DNA from: Octopus sinensis
Taxonomy: Eukaryota
Reading direction: 5' to 3'
Assembly: GCF_006345805.1 (NCBI RefSeq)
Contig: NC_043015.1
Span: forward strand, 20,460,001-20,524,000
DNA: 64,000 nt
The position numbers and the translations under genes were made by a program. Position 1 is the stretch's first letter. Every line of letters starts with the position of its first letter. Positions 12,321-28,240 of the stretch are shown piece after piece. A model generated the notes under the pieces. It was given only the letters and a program-made list of their open reading frames with translations. It ran no database searches and was not told where the DNA came from.

Positions 12321-12780
12321 TAGAGTGTTATGTAAATGTTTTGTGTTCGTAAAAAACGAACTATAACAAATTTTCTTGTCAAGAATGCACACCTGCTTGC
12401 CAGTTACTTCACAATTAACCGGTTGAGCATGTCCCTTAGTGGCTGATGATACGTGCATCTCTGGTCATGAGCAGGAGTGGTGGGGGTGAATCATAGTTAT
12501 GGGTTCTGAATTATTCATCACTGGAAACATAGGTGTTTCATTCACCATCCGTAAACAAAACCTTATTCAGGGAACTTCTGGGTGGATAGTCTACTCGAGC
12601 AAAAGAAAGTTCTCACTTGGCTCTACCAGCAAAGTCATCCACTGTTTATCTTGATACGAGATCGCCATGATGCGTACATATGTATGGGAGGCATATGCCT
12701 GATGTACTCTTATCAGACGATTGGGCTTCGTATATTTTTACACCAGTATCACTTTGATGAGATGCACAGTTCACTCATTC

Positions 12781-12835
<55 letters not shown>

Positions 12836-12844
12836 GTAGTAGTA

Positions 12845-12917
<73 letters not shown>

Positions 12918-12929
12918 TAATAATAATAT

Positions 12930-13460
12930 ATGCAGCAGCTTCTGTGACCACAAAAGGAGCAGGATACTACCTCAAACCATCCAGACAAGAATATCACGAC
13001 CCAAACAAACCCTGTGAATAAATAATATGCCGAAAAAAATAGAAAATAAAAGAAAAGATCTGTCAATCCTTAATGAAACTAGTAGACAGTCAACACTGCT
13101 AAGCAACAAGAAGAGAAGAAAAATACTATGTCAATGCAAAATTACGGAACAATGTATATCTGAGGTAAAAGAACAGCAGAAGCAAGATATCCTCGCTAAA
13201 GCGCAAAGAATCAACCGGTATGAGAAACGCCAACATGTCTTTGAACATTAAGTATAATAAAAACATTCAGAAAAATATATAACAAAAGCACCAGGACTTG
13301 CAAAAAATAGCACTACTAGGCACTGCACACATCCTACGTAAAACACATTCAATACAGTAACCATAAGAGCATCACAACAAACTACAGCACATACTCAAAG
13401 CACACAAAGCTGCGCTCGGTAGTGCAGTGAATGCACGTGATGAAAGTAAGACTATTGAAA
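12930..13460 (+). mobile_element. R4/Dong-like LINE fragment (internal piece joined to the 3' end)
   Basis: KQDILAKAQRINRYEKRQ resembles the pre-RT region of the clade. The 3' end gcactactaggcactgcacacatcctacg is shared with 20090-20220 and 56120-56290. Flanked by (AAT)n on both sides. Confidence 0.7.
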
Positions 13461-13461
13461 A

Positions 13462-13988
<527 letters not shown>

Positions 13989-14228
13989 GGATAAGTTAAC
14001 AGCGTTCAGGTAACAACATATATTTCCGAATTATTTGATATTTTCTATTTATTATTTGGAAAGGGTGATCTTTCCCGAAATACTTTAGGATCATTCAACA
14101 ACGCATGCGGGATTTTATTTATTGACATAATTTACATATTTTGCCTTATTTATTAGCTGGTCAACTTTTTTCAAGTATGTATATAATTTTCACACATTAC
14201 GAAACTTCAAGCAAATTACAATAATTGT

Positions 14229-14293
<65 letters not shown>

Positions 14294-14343
14294 TGGTGTT
14301 AAGTGTATTATTTGATAATAGTTGTAATGAAAATAATATTTAC

Positions 14344-14481
14344 CAGTTCGGCGTTGTGGTTCACTAAAGCGTAATATTTCTTCCTGGTAAAAACAGGGTT
14401 TAAATCATCTGCATCAAGAACTGTGAAGTTTATTGTTGCTGTATCATTGAGTTTCTTTTGATTTACACCTTCTGGCTGGTC
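14344..14481 (-). CDS. Cadherin-repeat protein, exon C (46 aa)
   Basis: Acceptor tttatcgctttag and donor GTAAAT, 138 nt, phase 0/0. Encodes DQPEGVNQKKLNDTATINFTVLDADDLNPVFTRKKYYALVNHNAEL, with the DxDDxNPxF interdomain motif. Missed by the ORF track because it is short. Confidence 0.92.
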
Positions 14482-17165
14482 CTAAAGCGATAAACAATGA
14501 ATCGGTCAACACATTATAGAAACTGAAGGAGAAATAAATCAAAGACGTAAATAGCATGAATTGATGTACGTAATATCTTATACCCTAAATTTACAAGCAA
14601 AAACTAAACAAAATAATACAAAATCCATAAATAAGTTGAAATGTCTCTTAGATGAGGAGGGGAAAAAAAACGTAGTGGCAGTTTTTAACAACTCTCAAAA
14701 GAAAGGAGAGGTAATTTCAAGTATTTAAAAATAATCACTCGAACGTAATGCATATGCTTAGAAATTCTGATCGTTGTTTTGGAGCAAGAAGGAAAATCAC
14801 AGTCATGTTTCGCTCTACACAGAAGTCATCAGCATTATTTAATCAACCTAAGTTTACTCAATGAGATTACTGATTTTTACATCAACAAAAATACTTACGA
14901 ATGAATTTCGGACAGAGAAATTTGCATAATTGAAAATAAAAAGAACAAATGACATTAATTTGGATAAATAAGCAAGAGTGAATTTCTGAAAAAAACAAAA
15001 TTAAACCGCCGTGTTTTCTGGGTATATTTATTCTTTTTTTACTTAGAGATCAGAATTCTAAGTAACACTCAAATTTTTTAAATGAACGGATTAATTTAAA
15101 ATCTAAATATATATTTTCTTATTATATACGATCTTCCTTCTATTAAAAATAAACAGGAGACTTATGCTTTAAGCGTGTACTAACAAATATTCTATAATTG
15201 AGTTGAGGACTGTTCAAATGTCGGAAACGGCCCATGCTGTCGTTATTGATTATTATAAATATTCATGTTTGTCGTTATTCAGAAGAATTACATTCTAGGA
15301 ACTCAAAAGTGTAGTTTAACAAATGTTGTATAATTACTCGTATTTAATTTTTCGTATTTAACACTTAGAATATGAATTTTGCGAATTGGAAGAACCGTTA
15401 GGGTGTCGGCCAGAGTATCTTGCGGTATGTGTTCGCGGATTTTGGCGTCCTGAATTCAAAGAACGCCGGAGTTAATTCTTTGTTCTGTTTATCACATATG
15501 ATGTGCAGCACGTAATTTTGTTGTGTCCATGCATCATATATGATACACCTACCTCGTTTATTCAACCAACATGATTGCTTGCGACTCACGAAAGAAAAGC
15601 CTTATATTGTATAAAAACGGGTTAACTAAACATGGGCTAACTAAAATTCTGGGACAAACTTATGAGAATGCTTTGGGCAGGTAAAGGGTTAAGAGTGCCT
15701 CTTATCCTTATGGAGTCGATTAAAGTGTCAAACCAGTATTGAGTTCAATACTAATGTCTTCATTCTCTCTCCGTGTCACACGTTGTCATGGGGTCCTGGG
15801 ACAAAGATGCCTTCACAAAGTCGTTTCTCCAGGTGTAAGGCGGGTGAACGGGTGGGGTTTAGTAATTTTTTCCCATAGCCAAGAAAAACAAAAAAACTGA
15901 GCAGTAACTGGAATTGTGCAAAAACTGACCGAAGGCGCATGCAACGCAAAATGTAAGACAAAGAATACTTAGTTGAACGAGAACAGAGCACGTGCGTGTG
16001 TATTTGTAACCATGTGTGGGTGCAGTTGTGTGCGTTGATATAACTACTTGTGTCTGTGTGTCTATATCGTGTTCCAGTTTGTGTTGCATTGAAGCCTGTA
16101 TATACGAAATGTACTTTACAAAACGCTGTACGTGTGTGTTTGTGTGATTCCATGCGTTGTATCTTAATAGATAGCGACATCGTTCTCTAAGTTCATGATG
16201 CACATATGCATATCAAGACACACACACAAAATGCACATGCACCTATATATGCAGAATTAGATGGATAATTTATACATACATGCATACATACATGTATGTA
16301 CACATACATACGTACTTTAGTATATGCAAACACACTTTGCAAATATCTTTAACACAGATCTCTAGATTAGACATCCTCTGGCACTAATGAGTATTTAATT
16401 AAAATATATCAATCTCAACAAAATCAGAACATCTGCTCCTTCACCCCACCACATCAATCTCCTCCTGCTTTCTTCTATTCTCCACCTCCTCCATGAACTC
16501 ACAACACCGACAACAATAACAAAAATATATAAATAAAAGCACCACTGCACACACACAAACGAATACGCACAGTTAGTTTCAGGTACATTCAGCCATCCGC
16601 TCACACATAAAATTTCTCCGCATAGAAGACGTTCATCTGAAAACCTTATTCCATCGAAAGATCGCCTCCAGAGAAGAACAATTAAAATCACATTAGTTAG
16701 CAAGGAGAAGTTACGATTAATTTTTCCGGCAGGAAGCTGTAAGAATGTCTTGTAATCAAAAGACGTTTCTTTTAATTTATTTCTATTCTTCTCATTATTT
16801 ATTCTCCTCAATTCTTTACCACTTCTTCGATTCTCTTTTCTTTCGTTTCTTCTCTGGATCCTTTGAATAATATCCTTCCCCTACCTCCCCTTTGGCGATG
16901 TTTTTTCTTACCCTATGTTTTTGAAATTTTCTTCTTTTATCGTATTTATCTGAATCAATCGGTTCCTTTAACTTGCCAAAAATCATTTCCGCGTTATGCA
17001 TTGGAAAAATTAAAATAGCAGATAAAAAGATTTAAGTTTTACGTTAAAACTAACTGGTATTATCTATGGTATAGTTATCTTAATATATAAACAGGTATCT
17101 CTGTATGTACGACTGCATGTAGGTTCCGAGTTGTAGGCGATAGGTTTCTGTACATATGTAGTTGA

Positions 17166-17206
<41 letters not shown>

Positions 17207-17495
17207 AGGAGAGGGATAGGGAGAAGAGAGAGAGAGAGAGATGATTTTACACAGAGATCTCATGCTGTTCTTTTAGTCCTTTACTTGTTTTAATCGTTTG
17301 TCTCAGGCCATGCTGGGGCAACGGTTTCTTGGGTTTAACCCATCAAATTTACACCAGTGTTTATTTCAAAATTTCGTACTTATTTCCTGTCGGTTTCCTT
17401 TGTCGAGCCACCTGGTAACGAGGATGCAAACGAACCGGTACCGACTGTCAAGCGTGGATACACCTGCATACACAGATACACACACGCATATATAT

Positions 17496-17566
<71 letters not shown>

Positions 17567-17961
17567 GTGTGTGTGTGTGTGTGTGTGTGTGTTTAGTGAG
17601 AATTATAGTTTTCCTTTTTGGTAAAACATTGCACAAATTTGTCTATATTAAATTATTATATAACAGTATTCCACACAATTTCTGTCTCTCAAATTACCTC
17701 ACAAGACATTGATGGGCTCGGGGTTGTACAAGAAGACACCTACTTAAGGGTACCGCGCACTGGGACTGAACTCGGGAATCATAGCGGTTAAAGGCATGAT
17801 CGGGACCAATGTGGCCTAAAGAATCTAGTGAGTAGCCGAGGAGGAAGAGGAAGAGGAGCAGTAGTAGTAGTAGTAGACGATTCTTAAGAAACTCAGGTAA
17901 CTTCAGTTGTTAACTAGTTTGCAACAGGGACTTTTGAATTACATGTATGGGCGAGAGAAAG

Positions 17962-18054
<93 letters not shown>

Positions 18055-18395
18055 AGTGTGTATATATATATACAAACAGACAAACAAACATATATACATA
18101 TGTCTATCGCACGTAGGAACGCATTCATGGAAGATTTTTACCTACCAAATGAGTAAAGCTGAAGTAGAATATGAATATGTGTGTACATACACACACACAC
18201 ACACACACATATATATACACCCACACACATACACTCTAGCCAATACCATCTACTAATGCATCAGATCGCCGTCCCTCGTTCCTAGAGCCAACGCACGCCC
18301 GTATATATAAGATAGGAACTATTTTGCTGCATTATGCGTATACATGCATACACAAATACAGATTCATACGTATATGAATTAGTGTGTATATGCAT

Positions 18396-18475
<80 letters not shown>

Positions 18476-19006
18476 GCATAAGCACAGACACGTGTATATA
18501 TTATAATATATATATATATATATATATCAATACGTTTATACAGACATATACACATACATGTGTATATATATATACGCGCGCACATTTATACATATGTACA
18601 ATCAAACATGCATACAGATACATACATACGCACACATTTTATGCCCACGCGCACAAAAGCCATATCTTCAGTTTAGCAATCAGCAACAAGGAACAGAAAC
18701 AAAAGCGCCATTTCTTCTTCCTGAGAGATATCCAATAGAAAAGATGTGTCTGTTGCCGTATAATATTGATATCAACATCAAACAAAATCATTGTTAAAGA
18801 AGGGAAGAAAGCCGATAACGAAAAACGAGGTCCGGAGCGGCCATTTGCTTCAAAGGAACTTTTTCTCCGAAAATCAGTCCGATTGCGCTTCTATTGTCAT
18901 TCTTTTCTATCTCTTTTTTTTTCTTGCGTATATCTCTGTTTTGACTATATCGTCTATTTTTCTTGTGTAATTGAATATCTGTCTAATCGTTTGTCTGTGC
19001 GCGCTT

Positions 19007-19060
<54 letters not shown>

Positions 19061-19065
19061 TATAT

Positions 19066-19113
<48 letters not shown>

Positions 19114-19268
19114 TGTATGTGTGTATGTATGTGTGTGTGTGTATGTGTGTCTGCGTGTGTATGTAAATGTGGGTATGAGTGTTTATGTGTGTGTCTGCAT
19201 GTGTATGTATGTGTTTGTTGTGTATCTATCTATCTATCTATCTATCTATCTAACTATCTATCTACTTC

Positions 19269-19365
<97 letters not shown>

Positions 19366-19751
19366 ATGTATGCTTGTCTGTCGGTCTAGTAGTAGTAGTT
19401 GTAGCATCAGCAGCAACAGCAATTTAATTAGAAATGGTAATATTGGTTTCAACTTTTGCCACAAGGCCAGCAATTTCGGCGGGACGGAGCAGGTCATTTA
19501 CAATGATCCCAGTGTTCAACTAGACATTGATTTGTCGACGCCAAAAGGATGAAAGGCAAAGTCGAACCCGGCGGAATTTTCATTCAGGACGTAAAGACGG
19601 ACGAAATGTCGTTAAGCATTTTTTCCGACACGCTAACCATTTTGTTTGCTCTCTACCTTTGAACAGCAATGGTAATATTAATTAGAGAAATAGTAGCTGT
19701 AACAACTGTTTTGTTGTAGTAGTAGTTTTAGTAGTAATAATATAGTTGAGC

Positions 19752-19831
<80 letters not shown>

Positions 19832-20089
19832 CTGCAAGCTGGAAGATTCGTTCGTAGGTCGAGAAAATTCTTAGCGGCATTTCCTCCGTCTCTACGTTCT
19901 GAGTTCAAGTTTCGCTGAGGTTGGCTTTGCTTTTCAACTTCTCGAGTTCGATAAAATAAGTACCAGTTGAATACTGGGGATGATGTAACCGACTTATCCT
20001 CTCCCTCTAAATTGCTGGCCATGTGACGAAATTTGAAATCATCATCATTATTATTATTCAGAAATTTTATTTTTTTATCGTGCTTTCAC

Positions 20090-20740
20090 TTCACAGCTCT
20101 GTATGCCTTGGGTATGTGCTGCGATACTCTTATGGTTACCGTATTGAAAGTGTTTTACATAGGATGTGTGCGGTGCCTAGTAGTGCAATTTTCTGTATGT
20201 TATATATATTTGTAAGTCCTGGTGTTTTTGTCATGTATTTATTGGATAGTTTTTCTCATACCCAATGCGCCCATTGTGAATAGGAATTGTTTCGTTTTTA
20301 GACTCCACAATCGTGTTACCTCTATTTCCAGGTCTTTGTATTTTGAAAGTTCCTCCATTTCTTTCAGAGAAACCTTGTCATCTGCTGGTATTGATACATC
20401 AATTAGAAAGCATTTTGTTTCCTTCATGAACTCGGACAACTTTATAATGCCATATAAAGTTGTCAGAGGTCTCTGTGTGTATTGGCATATCCCATAGTAT
20501 TGTTGACTTTATCATTTTCTGTGACTTTTTCTGGCGTATTCCTATATCATCTTTTTTCTATTGTTATTCCATAGTGTTGGCATAGCTTCCACTTTATGTA
20601 GGTCCCAACTCTGTCCTGTCTGTGAATATATTCCTTCTTAGCCAGGAGTGGGCAGCAAGAGATAATATGATTTATTGTTTCTTGTCCAGCTCCACATATA
20701 CTGCAGTTACTTATGTTTCTTTTCATTATAAGTTTTTGGT
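20090..20740 (-). mobile_element. R4/Dong-like LINE 3' fragment: CCHC finger plus restriction-like endonuclease
   Basis: Reads CSICGAGQETINHIISCCPLLAKKEYIHRQDRV and CFLIDVSIPADDKVSLKEMEELSKYKDLEIEVTRLW...GALG. Confidence 0.85.
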
Positions 20741-21004
20741 AATTTCTGGTGGTGATAGGGGGGGGGGGGGCTTTGATTTTATTATTATTATTGTTGTTGT
20801 TGTTGTTATTATCATTATTAGTATTATTACGTTCTGAGTTCAAATTCCGCCAAGGTCGACGTTGCCTTTCATCCTTTCGGGTCGATTAAAGAAGCACCAT
20901 TTACGCACTGGGGTCGTTGTAATCGACTTAATCCCCTCCCCTAAGTTACCCTTTCTGGCAAAAAATTGAAATTATTATTATTATCATTATTACTATTATT
21001 ATAA

Positions 21005-21165
21005 TTACGTCCGCCTTAGCGAAGGCGGAGGTATTATTTTCAGTCGTGTTTATTTGTTCGTTTGTCCGTGGACAAGATATCTCAAGAACCGCTGGATGGA
21101 TTCGGATGATTGGCTTCGTAACTGGCAAGAACTGGCTAGACTTTGGGATCTAATCATTGTTATTA
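21005..21165 (+). mobile_element. Helentron-associated (HINE-like) non-autonomous element fragment
   Basis: Starts attacgtccgccttagcgaaggcggagg (hairpin), then gtttatttgttcgtttgtccgtggacaagatatctc. An internal segment recurs inverted at about 32690-32780. The family assignment is from memory. Confidence 0.45.
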
Positions 21166-22618
21166 TTAGTATTGACATCATTCATTGTAATTAGTGTACT
21201 GTATTAAATTATGGTTTTCCTCTCCGCATTCTCTTACACGCCGTTTATGTATTGGCTTCGGTAGAATATCAAGGTCTCTCCTAGTATTGCACCAAATGCC
21301 TTACGAACCAACATGTGGTAGTTTGAACCTCTTGAAATAGCAGTCAAATTCCCAACTATGCTGTGCTAAAAATGGTTATTTTGGATAATGCGATCATGGG
21401 TATCGTGCATGTAGGTTAAATGAGGATGGTCTCGGCTGGAATGCATTGAACTCCTTGATCAGAGATGATCCGGGTATAAACAACAATAAAATGCTTGTTT
21501 GGAATTCAAATGTACCCCCGGGTCAGCACTAATAACAGATTCAAATTTTGGCTCAAGGGCAGCAATTTCGGGGTTGGGGGTAGGAGAGAAGTCGATTATA
21601 TCGACCTCAGTATTCATCTGGTACTTTTTTCGACCCCGAAGAATGAAATACGAAGTCGACCTTCGCGGAATTTGAACTGAAAACCTAACGAAATATTGCT
21701 TAGCATTTTGATTGGCGTACAATGATTTTACTAGTTCGCTGCCGTATTTGGCACCAATATCGACCTGAATTGCAGCTTTACTTGGACTCGTAAATGCCAC
21801 ATCATATTACACTTTCAATGTCAGGCATTTGAAATCCAAGAGCGGCAGATTACTACAAAATATCTAAGAAACAAAAGCGACAGCGAATCCCCTTGGAGCC
21901 CAAAGGTGCAACCGAAAATGCAGATTATTTCGTATTTCTGTGGACATCACACATGTGATGAGCAGCTCCCCCAAAATGTCATGAACGTACTGCCTCCCAA
22001 TGCGACATGATACTGTCGCTAACGCAATATACAATTCCGTCTAAAAGACAAAATTGTGCTGAGATAGGTAAAGAGAAACCACCTGTTATTGAATGTAGAT
22101 ATAAACTTCAACAGAAGAAATATTGGTGGAGCATTCTTATCAAAACTTCTAACAAATGCAAACATAGCAAGTCGAATATAGTTTGGGACAGAAGCGTATG
22201 TGCCTTCATAGAACTCAGCTATGTTGTTGATGTGAATATCTCTTTGTAAATCGAAGAGTAAGAGGGTAAATATGTTTCGAAGTCCCCAGTTGTGTATCCT
22301 GATAATAAATTTACGTGTATACTAGTAATAATTGATGTACTACGACGTTTGCCTGGGTGAAAATGTGAATTTCAGAAAAAGAAAGTAACTAGTAAACGGG
22401 CACATTGAAAATATATTCAGTAAGCGGAACAGTAAAAATATGCAAAACTTTTCTAAAGTTCAACCGATGACATTGTTTTAATTATCTACATTCCAGCTTT
22501 GTATCTTTGTTGGAAACCGGGTTTTTTCTTACTTAAAGAGTTCAAATAATTGAAATATGAAGGGAAAACACGCACGCACACACGCTATATCGCAGAATTT
22601 ACAATGTTCAACGGCCCA

Positions 22619-22697
<79 letters not shown>

Positions 22698-23137
22698 AAC
22701 ATGCACACACACTCGCATAGACACACACACACATGCACTCGTATACACACACACACACGCACACAATATACAACTGAGTGTACTGAAACTGAATGAAGTT
22801 GAAACGAATAAAAGAAAACCAAGAAACAGAGCGAAGCTTAAAACGAAAGCATAAAGAATTATCCAATAGAGGCGTAAACAAAATTGGGCTAAAATATACG
22901 CATGCGCACACGTATATGTATGTGTGTGTGTGTGTGTGTGCAGGTATGTATATCTATTTCTCTATTCTTCTTGTAAAGACACAGGCTCCTGTATAATGGA
23001 GGTGGTGAAAGATGACTTTGCTTCACTATTCAAAGTTCATACAGACTAGGTTTCGAATTCAACAAACAACACGACTTCAAAGGCGTATTATATACAAGTT
23101 ATAAGGAAAAAACGAATTAATCGAACATCGAACTATA

Positions 23138-23176
<39 letters not shown>

Positions 23177-23244
23177 ATATATAATCCATATATATATATA
23201 TATCCATATATATATATATGTATGTGTGTGTATGTATTCATATA

Positions 23245-23285
<41 letters not shown>

Positions 23286-23287
23286 TC

Positions 23288-23341
<54 letters not shown>

Positions 23342-23879
23342 TCATATATATACATACATATATATGTATATATGTATTCATATATATACATATATATATA
23401 TTTATTCATATATATACATATATATATATATATTCATTATATACATATATATATATTCATATATATATATATATATTATATATATATATATATATATATG
23501 CGTGTGTATGTGTGTGTGTGTGTGTGGAGAGAGAAGGTAGGAGAGAGATTGGAGAAATTTCTTTAGGAAGATTCCATATTCTTGAAATCAGTCTTTTCAA
23601 GTTTTTGGCAAACAAAAACCAGTTCAACCACAAGAAAGCGTCGAAACTGCCACCAACAGAAGAAAAGGACAAAGATAGGAAGAAGCAACTTGATTGGCCG
23701 ACAGACTAACCGATCGACCATTTGGTAGGAATAGTTCTAGGGTTGGCTGGCTGGGTTGGTGGTTATCTTGTTGATTTTCTTGTAAAAGGAAGATTGTGAA
23801 AATAAACTCTGTGTGTCTGTGTATATATATATATATATACATACACACGTATATATATGTATATATATATATATATATA

Positions 23880-24003
<124 letters not shown>

Positions 24004-24481
24004 GAGACAGACAGACAGACAGACAAAGAGAGACAGACAGACAAAGATGTAGATTAGTAGATAACCCGGAGTCGTATATAGATGTTATATTTTTCTTTGG
24101 TATGCATAACAGTTGAGAAGTAACGGGAAATATATTCTGCAGTTCAATTACATGCCAAAACAGGTAATTGGAAGCATTTTGGGGGCTGCGGAGGGCTATT
24201 ATTTATCCACTATTACACGAATTTCATTTGTTAATAGGAATAACAAAATTGTACATGGAGGAGAAACATGTAGGATAATTCCTATTTAAAAAAATGCTAT
24301 CTAAGTACTAGCTAGTCCGCAAGATCATTAGGCAATGTAAGCCACCGTATAATGTTCTCCGAACTAAATAGATTTTGATTTTACTTTCTTCTATGTTGTG
24401 CCTTCATTTCAGGATGTTTCCGTGGCCTGAACACAGACAATAAAACTGTAGAGAAATAACGGAGGAAGTTGATAGACTTAC

Positions 24482-24583
24482 TTGTACCATGATATCTATA
24501 CTCAGGTGTCTCCGTTTTTCATAATCGAGCTTCTGGTTAAGTGTGATTAATGGAGTCCCGGGTAGATTGATTGAAAAGAATTC
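24482..24583 (-). CDS. Cadherin-repeat protein, exon B (34 aa)
   Basis: Acceptor ttttttccag and donor GTAAGT, 102 nt, phase 0/0. Encodes EFFSINLPGTPLITLNQKLDYEKRRHLSIDIMVQ with the LDYE motif, and continues exon A in the expected domain register. Confidence 0.92.
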
Positions 24584-24625
24584 CTGGAAAAAATTCAAAA
24601 ATATATAATATAATATAACATTATA

Positions 24626-24703
<78 letters not shown>

Positions 24704-25058
24704 TTTAAAAAGCATATAACACTATAGATAACTGCGCGTAAATACTAGGTTAAAAACCATTAACAACACATACATATATATATATATATAGTTTTTATGC
24801 AAGCACACGTACACAAAATTGTCTGACTCAACTCTTGGAATTACAGTTACATTTTCTCCATTTGTTTGGTACCTATGTACTCACACACACACTGAATTTC
24901 AAGCTACAACTCTCGTTTCTTTTTCTGTGCTCATTCATTCGCCTGGTGTTAAAGGGCAATGACAACAACAACAAAGACAAGAGCAATAACAACGCCCACG
25001 AACAGTAGCACCTACTTCATAATATATTCTATGAATTCCCCCTGTCATTACCAGACGT

Positions 25059-25104
25059 CTGTCAATGAGGACCCCAGGTGGGGCGAAATCACGTGATCTG
25101 CTAG
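25059..25104 (+). ncRNA. Decayed hammerhead (core apparently deleted)
   Basis: ctgtca ATGA gga cccc-aggt-gggg c GAA ATCACGTGAT C tgctag. Stem III is a perfect 10-nt palindrome, but the CTG of CTGATGA is missing. Confidence 0.4.
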
Positions 25105-27504
25105 TCCTGGCGGCTGTGGCAGACGGGTCTCGTCTGTCAAAGATATAAATACGGGCGCTTTTATGCACCATGACTCTATAAGAGAGATTTTCCTATGGTA
25201 ACTCATGCAGTATTCTGTCATTTCACACAGCGTCAACGTTAAGTTGGACATACAGCTTGCTTTTGGTATTAATACTGCTTTTTTCGCCATTGATTATACT
25301 TTAACTATAGTTTCTTGTTACTGTATACCTCTCTTCGAGTGATTTAGAAATATAATATAATATCATATAATATTTTATATATATATATATATATATATAA
25401 AATTCAGTATCATGGTTTCTAATAAGATGGTTGTCTCCCTTGTCTCAGAGGCGAACATCCAATCAGCTGAGAGATTATATTCATTCAAATATTCTGAGTA
25501 ATTATAGGCCCGTAGACTCTGTGACAATTGTCGTAAATGTTCGTTTGTGATAGTCGTGTATAAGAGAACGTGTAACACACACAGCAACGGAAACGGCTGG
25601 AATTAAACATCCTCTCTGAACAATAAGAGACTGCATGTGCTATAATCGCAAGAACATGCAATGCACTTTGTCACGTGTATAGATTTCAAATTAAATTTAC
25701 TACTACTACTACTACTATCTCTCACTTTTATTCTAAAAAGAATACGTTCACTTTATGCCTCGGTAGTTTTTCTTTTCCTGCGGAAATGTTCATTATAGCC
25801 CCTAGCATTTTAACCATTTCCTACAGAAGAGGTCCTCAAAGATCGAAATAGTTATCTTGTACGGATGATTAGGATTCTATGATGTAAAGCAAATTTATAC
25901 GAATGGAAATTTAATCAAATAAATGCATGAAGGTATTTTTATTCCTTTCATGGATGTAAAACAATCGTAGTAACATGGATTCTACTAAGAGGATTCTCTT
26001 CGTTGTCTTAAAGTCAAACGAGTTAGAAATAAATATTTATCTTCTCGACATTTGCGAAAGTTGGGCAATAATATTTGAAAGCTTTTCTTGAAGACTCGGT
26101 AGTAGAAATAGAGACTGGTGTTGACTTGCCAAAGAATTAGTGTATGTTTTAAGTCATTTTAATTCGTACTTTTGTTGGTGTAGATTTAAAAAAATACTAA
26201 GTAAGTGCTTGAGCCTTATATAACATTCTCATCACCTGGTTTATAGAAAGAATCTTAAAAACACAGTCGCCCTTGTGTTAATTTCGTTGAAATATTTGCA
26301 TCTAATATAAGTTCTACTTCACAGAGTTTCTCATGTGGGGATTTAAGAGGGACAGTGATACAATTTTCTTCTCGAGTGTTTATTTAAACAAAACAAGAAT
26401 TGAATATAATGTTTTCTTTTGGGAATCAAATAGATCTCTGAAACTGTTCCAGATGTTAATTTAACCAAACTTTTCGCGTTCTAATTTTATATTCTGTTGA
26501 TTTAATTAGAACAAAGATTCGCAAACAATCGAAGGTGGAACTTCAATGAAATAACAACTTGCCTGTCAAACAATCTCAAATGGTAACAACATTGATTCAT
26601 TAACTCAACTGATCTACTCTGAAGCCTCAGAGGTCCCAAAAGCCAGGCCTGAATGAGTCTTCACCAGGCTGCCACCTCTGCTAAAAGTAATAGTCAAATT
26701 TTCTCAAATCATATCTACTTTACTGCATGAAAAAATTCACCAAACACGGAATACAAACTACATGTGAACGAATGTCTCCTGTATAGACCAATAATATATT
26801 TGAGTGATGCAAAGTCTACTAAAGGGCGCAATAAAAATGTCTAGAAAAATATTATATCAATGTATAAATAAAGTAGATAACGTGCAAAAATGAAAGCAAA
26901 TCCATATATGTCTGTCTGGTCACTTTCGAGTATTATTGGTAACACACCTCAATACAACTTATTACCTGGTTGAACCGTCGGTAACGTCAGCAAGTGTACT
27001 TTGTGGGTAGGGTAGTTTTGGGACAGCTTGCGGAATGAAAACAAGCTCCGTGAAAAGGTGGATGAACATAGGAGAGTCAAAGGTCATTTAATTACGTAAT
27101 ATATATATATATAGTGTGTGTGTGTGTGTGTGTGTATGTGTGTGTGCACACGTGATGATATAAACGTTTCTGGTTTGTTACCCAGGTGTGCATTTAACCT
27201 ACCAGGGTGGGTTGCATTCTATGCCGCAGCGAAGGCAACTAACCGAGGACATGGAGGACTCTGATAGAAAAAGCCAGGGTATTTTGTTCAGAGAGTTTAT
27301 ATATTCAATATTTGCATCAAACTTCTAAAAGCAGCCTTTCAGGAACGTGTGCCCGGTGTTAAATCAGTCTTCGTCACTGGGGACAAATGATCTTTGTGGG
27401 TAGTCTAACGGCAATAACAATGGCTGCTAGAAACGCAGAGATAGACACCGACAAAACAATTTTCTCTTTCTCATATATATAAGACAATAAACGGAAAATA
27501 TGAC

Positions 27505-27719
27505 ATATTCTTTTATTTGTTTCAGCCATTTGACTGCGGCCATGCTAGAGCACCACCTTTAGTCGAACAAATCGACCCCAGGAATTATTCTTTGTAAGCC
27601 TAGTATTTATTCTATCGGTCACCTTTTGCCGAACCGCTAAGTTACGGGGACATGAACACAGCAGCATCGGTTGTCAAGCGATGTTGTAGGGGGACAAACA
27701 CACACATACACACGCATGC

Positions 27720-27769
<50 letters not shown>

Positions 27770-27925
27770 CGACGGGCTTCTTTCAGTTTCCACTCAGAAG
27801 GCTTTGGTCGGTTTGAGGCTATACTAGAAGACACTTGCCCAATCTGTCACGCAGTGGGACTGAACTCTGCACCATGTAGTTGGTAAGCATGTTACTTACC
27901 TCACAGCCACTCCTGCGCCTATACT
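27505..27925 (+). mobile_element. SINE-like family 1 (cttgtttcagtcatttgactgcggccatgctgg...gaagacacttgcccaagg...ccacacagccac)
   Basis: Recurrent approximately 450-bp unit with an internal (CA)/(TA) tract. Other approximate copies: 985-1130, 17640-17780, 28435-28810, 32915-33040, 35515-35995, 36440-36745, 38620-38970, 46420-46770 (rev), 49340-49470 (rev), 49860-50230, 51360-51850, 61770-62150 (rev). Confidence 0.85.
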
Positions 27926-27977
27926 AAATACACAGGCGAACAGAAAACAGAAAATCACCGTTCGTTTGTTTATTTAG

Positions 27978-28022
<45 letters not shown>

Positions 28023-28240
28023 ATATATATACGACGGGCTTCTTTCAGTTTCCACTCAGAAGGCTTTGGTCGGTTTGAGGCTATACTAGAAGACACTTGC
28101 CCAATCTGTCACGCAGTGGGACTGAACTCTGCACCATGTAGTTGGTAAGCATGTTACTTACCTCACAGCCACTCCTGCGCCTATACTAAATACACAGGCG
28201 AACAGAAAACAGAAAATCACCGTTCGTTTGTTTATTTAGT

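Noticed and set aside
14800-14836. Minus-strand CTGATGA...GAAACATGAC hammerhead
   Set aside because: The cleavage triplet is GAC and stems I and II are mismatched. About one such hit could arise by chance.
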